Shown one piece after another: positions 12,322 through 25,111 of a stretch of 64,000 nt of DNA. The notes beneath the pieces are model-generated. The model ran no database searches. It was given only the letters and a program-made list of their open reading frames with translations, and was not told the origin of the DNA. Origin of the DNA: Azolla caroliniana (taxonomy: Eukaryota > Plantae > Polypodiophyta); contig JBHGNT010000007.1 of assembly GCA_043228905.1 (NCBI GenBank), forward strand, positions 18,042,001 to 18,106,000, read 5' to 3'. Numbering within the stretch: the first letter of the stretch is position 1; each line of letters opens with the position of its first letter. Both the position numbers and the translations under genes were made by a program.

Positions 12322-14969
12322 CACACCCTGATGCACTGGACATCACCAGAAAGCTCAACATCGACATGGTCACCAACTCATCCATCCGGAAAAAATTGGA
12401 CTTGTCATCACTAGGTGAAAGGCATTTCGAAATCCCTCATGTGGAGTCCCTACAGAGATATTTTGGTCCATATTCATCATTTGCCAAGGCATATAGAATG
12501 AAGGAGATCCCGGATTCCTTTTTCCGCGAAATCGTCAAGTTCCTATTAGAGGTCGGATGCGTACATGTAAACGCATATGGGATGCCCAAGCAGAAGGCAG
12601 GTATCATCATTGATACCTTTGAAGGGCATACGATAGATTGGGGGCTCATCACGGGGTCGGTGTTAAGGGAAGGCCTGCACGCGTATCAAGGAGGCAAAAA
12701 GCTCAGGCCTATCATACAACAGTACCTGACGGTACTATTCCCACCCTGAGGCCTGCCGGCATCACAGCCTTGCAAGCCCACGTTGTCGCCTCGATCCGCG
12801 AAGCAAAGGTTAGTGGAGTTAGCCACCATAGAGTGGGAGGATGAACCCCACCGCCCAACCGAACACACGAACAATGTAGGAAGAGCAGGCGGCGTGCACC
12901 GAGGAAGCGGCACTGGAGCCAGAAGCCGAACCACGGTAGGAAAGCCCGAGGATGAAAAGGCAGAGGTTGGACAAGAAAGATGGGCGAGGGTTAGTTAAAG
13001 ATGCACTCGCGGCTACAGAGACAATGACCATGGGCGACAGCTCCGCAACTACGGAGCCCAACACCACCTTCGAAGTAATCCGGAACTACGGCCGATCATT
13101 ACGGCTCAGTCACAGCGAGGGAAAGCCGTATTGAAGGCGGAAAGCGGGGTCCTGGCGTATCCGGACATTCCGGACACGGCCCATGAGTTCGGCGCACTAT
13201 TATAGTTTGTAACCTCTTTTGAACTCATGGAATTCTTGGCAATGCAACAGATAAAAGTCTCACAATGAATGGCCGAGGAGCACGCGGAGCGCCAAATGAT
13301 CGAGCGCGCATTAACAAAAACGGCGGAAAGCGACAATGAGGATCAGTTAGCCAGAGTCGGTAGACAAAGGAATGCCGGTATACGCCGAATGGGGATGGAA
13401 CTACCCCCATTAAACGTGGCCCTTGTTGAAGTTCATAGGGAACTGGCAAAGGTCAGTATGGGTGCCAAGGATATGGCGATTAAAAATAAAAATGTATGGG
13501 AAAAGGTTAAACTAACCCAAGCTGAGCTACAAAGAGCTAATGAACGCATTACGGAGTTGGAAAATAACATGACTACCGCGCAACAGGCAGCTCCACCACC
13601 AACCAACGCCGTCGAAGCCCTGATGGAAGAGATTGAGGCCCAGACCGCCATTGGCTCAAAAGCAAAACGGGTCGTACAACTAGCGGAATCAGAGATTGAC
13701 CGCCTCCACGTTGAATTTTGCCAATCCTCGGACAGAGAAAAAGACATCTGGGCCAACGCTTAAAAGGCAGTGAAGACCCTTGAAGAGAAACTCGCAACGG
13801 AGACAACATAGCACACCAGGACGAAAGAAGAAAACGCCCAATTACGGGAGGAAGAAAAAAAATCGGAAGCGGCAATCGCGGGACTCTAGGCCTTATTAAA
13901 GATGAAGAAAGCATGGTTCGACGAGCAGCTGGTGGGAGAACAAGAGAGAAGGCATCAACTCGAAATCCGCTTGAACAATGAAATGGGAAAACTGAAAGAA
14001 CTACATGTGAAGGAATCCCAGCTTTGGGCAGGAATGAGGAGCACGTATGAGGAAGCGACGACAGTTAATCAAAAAGAAATTGCAAACCTCAAGACATCTG
14101 TAGAAGAAGCACGCAACTGTTGCCAAGCCATAACAGACAACGTGCGTATCCTTCTGCAAACAAATCGGGAGAGGTTTACGGCGCAATTAAAAATGGCGCT
14201 AGACAAAGGATGGATCGCGTGGGCTGCAGAAGCGGCGGAATTGCATACGTATCGAGCGGACTGGGAGAACCAGAGGAAAGACGGCCGAGGGTTCTATAAA
14301 CTCAATGGGGAAAGCATTGTGGCAGTACGCGAGGACCTAGCGCAAGACTATCGCACGCTAGCGGACCAACATTTTGAGGAACTCGCGCAACTACTAGATG
14401 ATTTTGGTGAAAGTCAGGAGGACCTGTTTCACCAGAGCACGCAAACCGGAAACACGCGAACAAACGAGGAATCCATCGCGACACCAATTCCGGATACTGC
14501 CGAACAAGAGGAACCTCAGGCCATGTCACCAGAAATTACCACTACGGTGAACAATGCAAAGCGGCGAGCGGAGTCCCCCGCAAAACCAGACAACGAAACC
14601 ATCACCCAAATGGAACCCCTTCAACCGGAGCATACGCTTACGGCTGACCGCGCGGAGAACATTCTGGGCCAAGAGGAACCGCAACCCCACTTCCCAAAGC
14701 GTACAACGACGACCGACATCATGGAGGAAGTGACGGACGAAACAGAGCCGCGACCTACCGCAAGCTTGCGGATGGCTGAACCAAACCCCCTAGCCCAAGA
14801 AGAGCCCACAGAACCCGGACCGCCCACACAGGACGACCGCGACACCGTGAGAAGCCCTCCCGACCAAGCATGGGAACCACACAACGACGCGACTAAGGTC
14901 CCTATGTCGTCCCTGGACACGGGCACCGTAGTAGAACCAAACATCAGGGCCATTTTGGAGGAAGATTAA
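12322..14969 (+). pseudogene. ORF-X paralog of related Gypsy G2, N-terminus cut by G1 insertion
   Basis: HPDALDITRKL matches HPDAQGVAKRI of G1. Shared motifs IDWGLITG, MAEEHAE and AAELH..RAD.EN.RKDGRGFYK; ends NIRAILEED*. Confidence 0.78.
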
Positions 14970-15464
14970 AGGGATGGGTTCGACGTGCCATGGCACTGTC
15001 CCACAGGCGTGCTAGGTGTTGTCCTCTGGAATAGTAACCGACGGACAAGAGCGCAGTAATATGGAATAGAATAATATTGTAACGCATGTAACGGTTCACG
15101 CCAGAAGCGTGAATGGCTAAAAGACCCTGCATATATAAAGGGCAGAAAACTTCTGATAGAGGTAGCGTGTAATTTTGAATGTAAAAGGCGTATCCTAATA
15201 GAGTTCTATCTTCTCTGATATATGTGTGTATCTGTGCTTAATCTACTGTGTGTCTGTAATCCTTAAGAGCTAGGTGTGAGTAACGGTGTGTGCGCTAGCC
15301 TATTGTCTAAGGAGCTTGGTTGTAATCGTCTCCCTTATACGTTGCTAGGTTATGGGAAGTATCCCACTAAGTATTATGCACAGACGCTACCATTTGTTGT
15401 CACACAGTCACTTGGAGGTCTAGGTCGAAGGATTGACCATAGACCGTGTTCCTAATCGGTAACA
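14970..15464 (+). repeat. 3' LTR of G2
   Basis: Follows GGAGGAAGA. Contains the shared TCCCAC.GGCGTGCTAGGTGTTGTCC motif and TATATAAA; ends CGGTAACA. Confidence 0.65.
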
Positions 15465-18047
15465 ATATGCCATAGAATAAAGCTGCCATCATCATCAGGA
15501 CGTTCAAAGGCGACAAAATCCATTAGGGAATCATCACCGGCGAAGGAGTTCGTGCGGTGCTCGAATCTTTTCAAACCGGTAAGCGATTGTTGCTTGTGAT
15601 TAATCATTTCCTCATAGTCCTCTACCCACCTCCTTCGGTTTCCCCTCGTCACATCCTTACCTCCCCACCACCACCACGGAAACAACAGGAGAAGATTTTG
15701 GTGTTAACCCAGGAAGAATGGGAAGACCCCTCGCCTTCTCCACCTCCCTCGGCCATTCAAAACCCTACTTTCGCCTCGGCACCACCCCCACCAAAAACAA
15801 AGAAGCAACGGGCGTTAATAGCGACCTGTGTCGAATGGGACGAGGTCGAGGAGCCCATCACTGAGGATGTCACCATACGACAGAAGACACCAAGGAGATC
15901 GATGCCCTCTCCACAACCAAATCCACGCCCCACAAACAAGTAGCCCTCGGGCATACGACAACAAAAGAGGAAACAAGCCGAGGAGCCAACGCCACCAGCC
16001 CTAGACTCATAGGATCAATCGAAAACAAGACGACACATCAATCGCGAATCGACCACAGAAACCGAGGTCACCCAGCATCAGAAAGCAAAGGAGGCCAACC
16101 CAACCTTCACGGCCATGGTACCAGTGGAATGATGGCGCCAAGTTGGTAGGATTGAGCATGGACAAACCACGTAGATATCAGAGGAGGAAGTCCTCGGTTA
16201 CAAAGATCTCCCCGCTGAGGCATACAAGTTCAGTGCACTACTTCGACTAGGCACAACATATGAGGTAATGGATTTCCTCGCGCGCGCCCAAGTAGCTACC
16301 GCCGCTTGTATGGCCGAGGAGCACGCAGAAACAAAGATGATCCAACGCACTCTAATGGGAGAAATCGAACCGCACAAGGATCGAGCCTTATAGAAGATAG
16401 GGCGGAAGAAGCAAGCACAGAATGCCTCTCTCCTCATGGAGCTACCAGATCTAAACACGGCCTTAATCGAGGCATATCGAAATGTACACCACACAACTCG
16501 GGCAGCCAAGGACGTGGCCCGACGTATCAAAATGACTCAGCAGCAAGCCAAATGGGCCACCGAGCTATGGCAAGCCACCGAGCAAAAACTAGCGTCATTA
16601 GAGTAGCAACATCAAGAACAACCGCCCTTGATCCTCCCTGCCCCGAGTAACGATGTCCCACCAGCCCCTCTGCCAAACCCGATCCTGAGTGCTACTGTTA
16701 CTGAAGCACACAACGACGACACAACTCACCCTAGGGTAGCCACGGTTGATGCACACACAATGACGGATTCGGTATAGGCAAGTGAGACATCGTCACTGGC
16801 AGATAAAAGCCCGCACCCCCAAACCAACCACGCTTCCATGCAAACGCCACCACCACCTGTCGTCATGGAACGATCTACACAGATGGACAGGGAACCCACT
16901 CCCTGGATCCAGCAAGCTGCAACGTAGATAGGGCCTCCCCTCTGTGACTACCAAGAGGAGATTAAGGCCTAGATTGCTCTAGCCGAGTTAACAAAACAAA
17001 ACCACAACAACATTATTGGCCAACTACGAGAACAAGCCGCGGGCCGTGAAGCTGACCTCAAGCGACTGCTTGCTGAAAGGTTGGCCGCACTCAAAGAACA
17101 AGAAAGAGAGGTGATGACCCTTCAAAGAAGCAGAATAGAATAGCCAACGGGAACGCGAGCTATTAGTAGACAACCAGGAATTACAACGTCAACAAAGGGC
17201 GTTACAAGAATTGGCAAACGAACACAATGTGTAAAAGTGGAGGATCTTCGAAGAGCAAAGGGCGAAAATTTCCGATGCGTATCACCAGTTGCAAACAGAG
17301 CACATCGCCACCAGAGAACGACATCGGGATGCTTGGAGATAGGAAATGGACGAAACTGAAGCTCAGCTCACCAAACATTACGAGCAGACAATCGCACTCA
17401 TAACCGAAAAAGCAAAAGATAACCAAGCTACTCTAGCGCTCCTCATCCGCAAATGCCAAGAAGACACCAAGGCCGCAAGGGAGGAAGTGGAAGTTCACTG
17501 AGCTAACATTGGCATGGACGATATTAAAATAAAGATCCTGATCAACAAGTATCGCCAACAATTCACCAAGAAGATCGAGGAAACGCTCGACCGTGTCTGG
17601 CAGGCGTGGTCAGCCCAAGCCGTTGAACTACACATACCACGTGCGGACACCGAGAACCGAAGGAAGGAGGGCCGAGGGTTTTACAAGATGGATGACACCA
17701 GCATCTAGACCCTCCGTGAAGACTTGACTGAGGAATATCATACCTTAACAACATCCCACACTACGACCATTGAGCAACTTCTAGAGGACTTCAACAACAA
17801 TCAAATGATGTTCCATTTAGAAGTCGAAGCTTAGGAGGAGGAACGCCTAGCCACCATGACTAACAGAGCTCCCACGACCGATGATCACGAACCTGAGCCA
17901 CCCACCACGGAAGCCAGACAGGAGGAACCCACCCCTGTAGATCCCCACATCACAACTGAGCTACAAACTACGACCATGACCCTGCCTGAATCGGAACCAA
18001 CAGAGGGCGGCACACGCCAAGACACAACCATCCCCGACTCGGCACAT
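15465..18047 (+). pseudogene. Degraded ORF-X paralog of related Gypsy G3
   Basis: NKAAIIIRTFKG..I.*GIITGEG, FLIVLYPP, MAEEHAE and RADTENRRKEGRGFYK recognisable with many stops. Confidence 0.78.
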
Positions 18048-18591
18048 TGTGAACCGTGGGTCTGATGGACAAAGTCCTGTCCCACGGTCGTGCCAGATGT
18101 TGTCCATAGGCCAGAAATATAAATACATCATATGTAAACTCGTTGGTAGGTAGAAAAGTAGGTGAGGAAATAGGTAGAACTAAGTTGAGTTTTTAGCCCT
18201 GACAATTAGCCGATGGCTCGGCTCCGTCTAAAGAAGAGAACTATATAAATTGAGATGTACATACCTCGAAGGGGGAGATACCTAGATTATTTAGCAAGAT
18301 TAACATCGTAGCCCTGAGCTCTACACAAACTGTTTCCGGTCGAGAACCGTGTACTGTAATCGTTGTGAGCTTCTCATTTAATATAAATCTCGCTCTTACT
18401 ATTCCTTCATCTGTGTATTCTCCCTGGTACTCGTAACCAAGCTACATTTATGCCCAACGGGTTGTAGCCCGTGTACGCTCCTCGTTCTCATAGCGTCTTC
18501 TTAGTGTAGAAGAGGCTTCCACGTAACAGGACCCCTTGATACCGATAGTCTGTGGGCTCATCGAAGGTGTTTTCCCTAGAAACGGTTAACA
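18048..18591 (+). repeat. 3' LTR of G3
   Basis: Aligns with 11816-12321; TATATAAA; ends CGGTTAACA. Confidence 0.7.
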
Positions 18592-19311
18592 CTACCACCG
18601 TCGGTCGTCATTCGTTCGCTCCGTCAGACGTCAGCCGTATCTTGGTAGGGTCTTGGTTGACGCTGATCTCTCAGCCGATTCTCAGCCCAGCCGTCTCTCG
18701 GCCATCACTTGGTCGTACTCTCGGCCACGTGTCTAGGCCGTACTCTCTCGGTCACGCGTCTCGACCATATTCTTGCGCGTCTCAGTCGTGCTCTCGGCTG
18801 CACATCTCGGCCATGCTCTCCGGCTGCCGGCTATCCCCGTGTGAGATCAGTGACAGAGAGGGAGAGTGACCTCTTCTCAAAGGAGGTTGGCCGTTCGGGC
18901 GTGCCAAAAGTGTTGATTGGTTGTAGGCTTCACCCCCCTCCCAAGGGGAATTATGTGTGAGGGAGAGAGAGTGAAAAACAAATAAGGAATGACACCAAAA
19001 TGTGAGAGGGGAAAAATGTATATTCATTACATGCCCATGAGGGGTTTATATAATACATCCAATGTAACGGTTACATGACCGTTATAAATAAGACCGTCAC
19101 GCATTCTTGTACACATACACATAATTGTGCATGTGTCCATACACATACTTATCCTCACACACTCATTTACTTTACACATACACATCAACCACATCATTAC
19201 AAATACCCTTATGCCTCCCCATATATTCTTACGGGTAACAGTGAAGCTCGACCTTCTATGCTCCATCTCTCTAAGGTTCAAAACCTCGGTGGTCCCACCT
19301 CGGGTCTAACA
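18592..19311 (-). mobile_element. 5' LTR (18911-19311), tRNA-Lys-like PBS and leader of a minus-strand LTR element
   Basis: TGTTGA...CTAACA bounded 401 bp. Adjacent reverse complement reads TGGCACGCCCGAACGG (18891-18906), resembling the tRNA-Lys PBS TGGCGCCCGAAC. Confidence 0.6.
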
Positions 19312-22300
19312 CGTACCCGCGGATTTCCGCGATAACGTAATGTAGACCATCAAATTGAACTAATCCCCTGGACTGCTCCTGTGAGCATTCCGTCTTACCG
19401 ACTTAGTCGATTAGAAGAGGATGAGATTGCTAAACAACTTAAGGAATACTTAAGTATGGGCCACATTAGGTATAATAAATCACCTTGGGGTGCACTAGTT
19501 CTATTAATTAAGAAGAAGGAAGGTTCATGGCAGATGTGTATCAATTATTGCCATTTGAATAAAATGACAATTAAAAATGCATATTTGTTACCTCGTGCCG
19601 ATGATTTGATTGATCGTTTGCATGTGCCCCAATATTTTACGAAAATTGACTTACAAACAAGTTATCATTAGATTCACATTGCCGAGGATGATATTCCTAA
19701 AACCCCTTTTCGTATGGGCTATGGGCATTATGAGTTTTTAGTGATGCCTTTTGGGTTGACTAATGCTCCAACCACATTCCAACAAGCGATGAATGATGTT
19801 TTCTGAGATCAACTCGGTGATTTTGTTGTCATCTTCTTGGATGATATTTTGATATATACCCGTACCTTGCAAGATCATGTTCAACATGTTTGATTTGTTT
19901 TGCAAAAGTTGCGTGACAACTCTTTCTATGCAAAACATTCAAAATGTGATTTTTTCCAAAAATCTATTGTGTACCTAGGTCATTTAATTATGGAAAATGG
20001 CTTTGAAATTCAACCTTCTCGTATTGAAAAGGTTAAACTTTGGCCCATTCCTCGTAATATTCGTGAATTTCGATCATTCTTAGGATTTGTTGGTTTTTTA
20101 TGAAAATCAATTCATATTTATTCTAAATTGACTACGCCATTAACTTACCTTTTGAAAGGTCATCCACGTAAGTCTGTCAAACCAAATTTATGGAATGAAC
20201 AACTTGACAAATCATTTATGACACTCAAAGAGCATGTGTATGAGGCTCCGACTCTTCTTTTACCGGACCCTTCTAAGCCTTTCTCAATCGAAACCGATGC
20301 TCATGATTATGCTATTGGTGTCTTCCTTTATCAAGGCGGTCACCCTATTGCTTTTGAAAGTAAAAATCTTGATGCTACTCAATCTCAATATTTAGTTCAA
20401 GAGAAAGAGTTGTTCACGCTAATACATGCTCTAAAAACATGGAGGCATTATCTCTATGGAAATCAATTTGTGGTTACAACGGACCATCAATCCTTGAAGT
20501 AATTCTAAGACCAACCAGATCTTGTTGGTCGTAAAGGCCGTTGGGGCTGACCTTATGCAATATTTTGATTTTTCCATACGATATTGCAAGGGTTCTATGA
20601 AAACCATTGCGAATGCTCTTAGTCAAAGTAAAGAAGTTAACATGCTTAGCTTAACAGAAATAAAATGTGATATTTTAGATCACCTTTGAGGGAAATACCT
20701 TGATGATAGTTATTTCTTGAAATATTGGACGAAAGCCAAATCTGGTTTAGATGTTGTTACTAGCACCCTACCCTCGAAGGTGACCTTTCACATTACAAAT
20801 GGTTTCCTCTAATGTAGTGGAAAGTTTTGTGCTCCAGATTTACCAAACGTAAAATAGAAAATTATTCCTGAATGTCATGATGCACCATCTACTGGTCATC
20901 TTGGAATACAACGCACACTCGTTCTCATCTCGAGTACTTTTTTTTGGCCTAAGATGCGCTCTGGCGTGCATAAATACGTGACTCAATGCTTACAATGTTA
21001 GATTAATAAGTCGGAACGACTTAACGCTGCTAGTGTTTTACATCCCTTAGATATTCTGAACAACAAATGGGAAAGTATCTCGATGGATTTTATTGTTAGT
21101 TTACCTCGTACACAGAGGGGTCATGATGCCATTTGGGTTGTCGTTGACCAACTAACAAAATTGGCTAGATTTATTCCTACAAAAACCACGGTAATCGCTC
21201 AACAATTGCCTTATCAATTTGTTGATGAGTTATTTCGTTTTTATGGATTACCCATGGATATTATTAGTGATCGAGATTCCAAGTTTACTAGTGACTTTTG
21301 GACTCAAGTCTTTAATAAGCTAAAAACTACGTTGAGCATGAGTTCTGTAGATCATCCTCAATCTGATGGACAAACTGAACGAGTTAATCAAATTATTCAG
21401 GACATGCTTCAAGATTATGTAGCAAAAACCCCTTCTAAGTGGGAGCAATACCTTCTAATCTTAGAATTAGCCTATAATAGCTCTAAACATACATCCATTG
21501 GATATACTCCTTTTATGTTGATGTATGGTTTTTAGCCACGTGCCCTAGTCGATGTCACGATTCATCATGATACATTAGACAATACATGCAGTTTTTTGCA
21601 AGACATGAACCAAATGTTGCATATTGCCAAAGAAAATGTCAAGACAGCTCAAGATCGTGCTCGATTTTATATTGATCCAAATAGACATCCTTGTACATTT
21701 ACTATTGGTGAAAAAGTTTTTTTGTGTGTCCCTATTGACTCTACGTCATTGTCTACGGGCAAGTGTGATAAGTTAGCCCCACAATATTGTGGCCCATTTG
21801 AAATCCTTAAGCAAGTTGGGTCATTTGCTTATCACCTTGCCTTACCTCGTAACGTTGGTATTCATCTTGTTTTTCACGTCAGTCGTCTAAAACCCTTTTT
21901 AGGCTCTGGTGATAATACCATCAGAATCCAGAATCTTGTAGCATTAGAGGATTTTTCTTACAAACCTCATGTTCCTGAACAAATTATTGATTCTCGTACT
22001 AAAGGTTTACGTTCTAAAGAGATTCGGCTATTCAAGATCAAATGGATGGATAAACCTATTGATGATGCCACATGGGAACGTGAGCATACTCTTAAGGCAC
22101 AATTTTGTCACTTTATATTGCAAGAGTGCAATCTTTTGAAGTAGGGGAGTATGTTATGTACACATAGCACGGGTGAGGGTAGGTCACTAATATTTACATA
22201 AGTGAAGGGTATGCTTACTAATGTTAAAAAAGGGACTAATATGATTGGATAGAAGGAATGATAGGTGCATGCACTATCATGCTGTGGACAAACAATGAAT

Positions 22301-22613
22301 GGAGAGCCTTTTAGAAAGTCACATCTATTCAAGGAAAAGGTATAAATATGAGGCTTAGATACCCTCATAAGCACATTACCTCGGAAGGTTGTTGGCCTAG
22401 ACACCAGTGGTGCGGGTTAGGCTTTTATCTCGATGATCGTGTTTATCTCTTCCAAGGTATTAGTCATCCTAATATACGGCGGTATGGGACGTCAGTGGTA
22501 GGTTGGCTATGCCTAGATCATAGCTCGGGGGTGGTCGGGTGGAACGGGTTCTTCTATCCAATCTATTTTCCTTCTTTTACTTTAGTTTGGTCTATTGATT
22601 AGTAATCTTAACA
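19312..22613 (+). mobile_element. Degenerate chromovirus (Gypsy): RT-RH-IN-chromodomain, PPT, 3' LTR 22152-22613
   Basis: DHQIELIPG, FLDDIL, ETDAHDYAIG, MDFIVSLP, YCGPF and chromodomain FKIKWMDKPIDDATWE. PPT GAAGTAGGGGAGTA, then TGTTA...TAACA. Confidence 0.92.
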
Positions 22614-23335
22614 CCCAACCCCAAAATCTAATTCTTTTAGTAGATTCCTCGAAGGGAGTTCGAAAAATGTACATGTCCAAATTCAAGATAGCCATTAAGA
22701 CATCCAATAACTTGATAACTACACTACTGCTATAGATACAGGGCCATGTGTCATTAAAGGAGGCTTCACCCTCTCTTGTAAAGGTAGCACCAAAAAAACT
22801 TGCCACCCTCTTGAGGTTTGCTAAAAAGAAAGTGGTCAAAATGTCAGAGTCAGAATCTTTGAGTTCAATAGATGACGAAGATGCTCGAACAACACCAAGG
22901 GTAGAATTGGCATCTGGTGTGCTTTCCTCCAATCAAAAAAAACTTAGAAGGGTCATGTCTATAACCTCCCCATCACTCACATCCATCACCCACTTGTCAA
23001 TGAGAAGGTTGGATGTCGACCACTAGAGATTAGAAGGCCTCACAAACTACACATCCAGAACCTCAAAAAGAAAATGAAGATTAATCCCCATGCTACAATT
23101 GTTCCATTTATTGTAAAGGTTTATCCTAATGAGTGTTCTTCTTTACAAGACTTCGACGTAAGAAAACACGATCATTATAAATATTTCATGATTGGGGGAT
23201 CACACTCGACAAAGGCAAGAAGGCAGTTGGTTAGAGAACATCCCACAACCTACTTCTATAAATATGCAGAATGTAAACTTTACGTGGGGCTAACAATAGA
23301 AGAGGCAAATTTGTTAGCATGGAACTATAATACAT
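22614..23335 (+). pseudogene. Fragment of ParB/Srx-like domain gene (paralog of 51091-53945)
   Basis: LPITHI..LEIRRPHKLHIQNLKKKMKINPHATIVPFIV...YFMIGGSHSTKARRQL...EANLLAWN. By hand, 47/82 aa are identical to the 52332-52578 segment. Confidence 0.75.
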
Positions 23336-23530
23336 GGTGGCTTCTCGAGGCTCAACCATGTTTGTTCGCATCATGAATAGTTTATACACGAGAAATGTTA
23401 ACAATAAACTATGTCTTTGTACCCACCTCTGTAGTTTTGGCTCTTTAAGTTCTATTAGAAAGACCTCGAAGTGCAGTTAGACCTAAAGTTTAAACATGCT
23501 TTTTAGTCATCTACATCAATAATGTTGTAT

Positions 23531-23603
23531 GGTCTTGGTCATATTTGAACTCAAGACCTAGAGAACAAAGGTCTATTCAACACTTGAGCTAACCAACTAG
23601 CTT
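23531..23603 (-). other. Possible tRNA-derived SINE head
   Basis: Minus strand has A-box-like TAGCTCAAGTG and B-box-like GAGTTCAAAT at tRNA-like spacing; no intact cloverleaf. Confidence 0.3.
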
Positions 23604-24756
23604 GCTCCTATTGGACATTTAATGTTTATGCCTATGAGAGATATGTGAAGGCATTTGCATGTATATACATTTTTTTAAAAGAAAACATATGTATCTAGAA
23701 TCTTTATTCCCCCTCGTCAACTAGAAAACTATGTCGGTACATTACCCAACCTCAAGTCTCATCATTACAATGTGATACCATAAGGAGCAACCTCATGGTC
23801 AAGCCAACACTCGCCTTTTTTTTCCGTAGTAGGCCCATATGGCCCATCACATTTACGAATGCCTTTCATAATGATGATTTGATAGTATCATCGTAATCAT
23901 GTAGCCAATGCGGAATTTTGGATGCATGCTTCATAGGGAAGACCTCGCATGAAGTGGGTCAATCCCTTACGCTCACAACATCATTGTGGTTATGCTTCTT
24001 TCGTTCTACCATGTAGCAAAATTGAGGTGACCAAGGGGAATACCAAAATAAAATATGTTAAAAAGGATGGTGATTATGCCATTCTCACAAAAACGTGAGG
24101 ACGGCCACCAAAATCCTTACCCTGAAAGTCAACCATCGAGCAATTAACATAATGTAACAAATTCCTAATATACACACATATATGTTTATAACATGTATAT
24201 GATTAAATATGTATACATGTGATTGCATATGTATATATATATCAAAGAATCATATACAACATAGATCACATATATTCAATATATGACAATTGAGGTATTA
24301 ACCTCATACGCATATGTAACATATTGTCATGGACACACCAACCGCGGACTCTGACAAAGCACGGATGATGGGGCTACAAACGTGGAACGTAAGAAGTTGG
24401 GAACGACACAAGAGCATGATGATAGAGATTAAGGAGACAAGATGAGATGAAATGAGAATACTAGATTGATGTGCCAATGACGAGGGTTGAATCCCTTAAA
24501 AGGGACCAAGGAAGTTACAAGTATTTATACTATGAACTGAAGTACATGCATTAGAATATTTTGGAGAATATTCTAGAACCCTCTAGAACTTTCTAGAGGT
24601 ATGTGACTAGAGAGTATTTCTTGATCAACTACAATATATACAATACATGCTCATATCAAAATGGTTGAGCATGATATCTAGTTGATGTAGAGTTGCAGGT
24701 TCAATGTTTAGCAACTATATATTTTATGTCATTGTATCATGACATTATCATTGCAG

Positions 24757-25111
24757 GTTCACAGTGTATAGAAGACTAGTTGCTGATAGAGGTAAAGTAG
24801 ACGACGACAATAGAATCAAGAGAACCAAGCTTTGATACCAGATGTTGGGAACATAGCCGTATAAGTGCGGAAGAAACGCAACACTCTTCCGTAAGGAGAT
24901 CGTTAACAGATGCAATGAAGAAGATTGATGGCAACTAGAGATAGAATCAAACACTAAGATTAATCAATAACTCAAGAGAGATAGACGATTGGGCACAAGG
25001 TAAATTATATTTCAACCACTTTCAACCCCCAATCCTAAAACTAGGTTACAAGGTCAGTTTATATATTGACTAACTTAGAGCAACTGCCCTTCTCACTACT
25101 TACATAAATAG
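24757..25111 (-). mobile_element. Copia fragment: partial 5' LTR, iMet PBS, leader
   Basis: GCTTTGATACCA at 24829-24840 (reverse complement of the iMet PBS); matches 38470-38742. Confidence 0.7.

Noticed and set aside
18059-18120. Hammerhead or HDV-like ribozyme (CTGATGG...GAAA; TCCCACG)
   Set aside because: The core is not CUGANGA and is not conserved in the other copies; I could not build the required stems or pseudoknot, so it is kept only as a hairpin.
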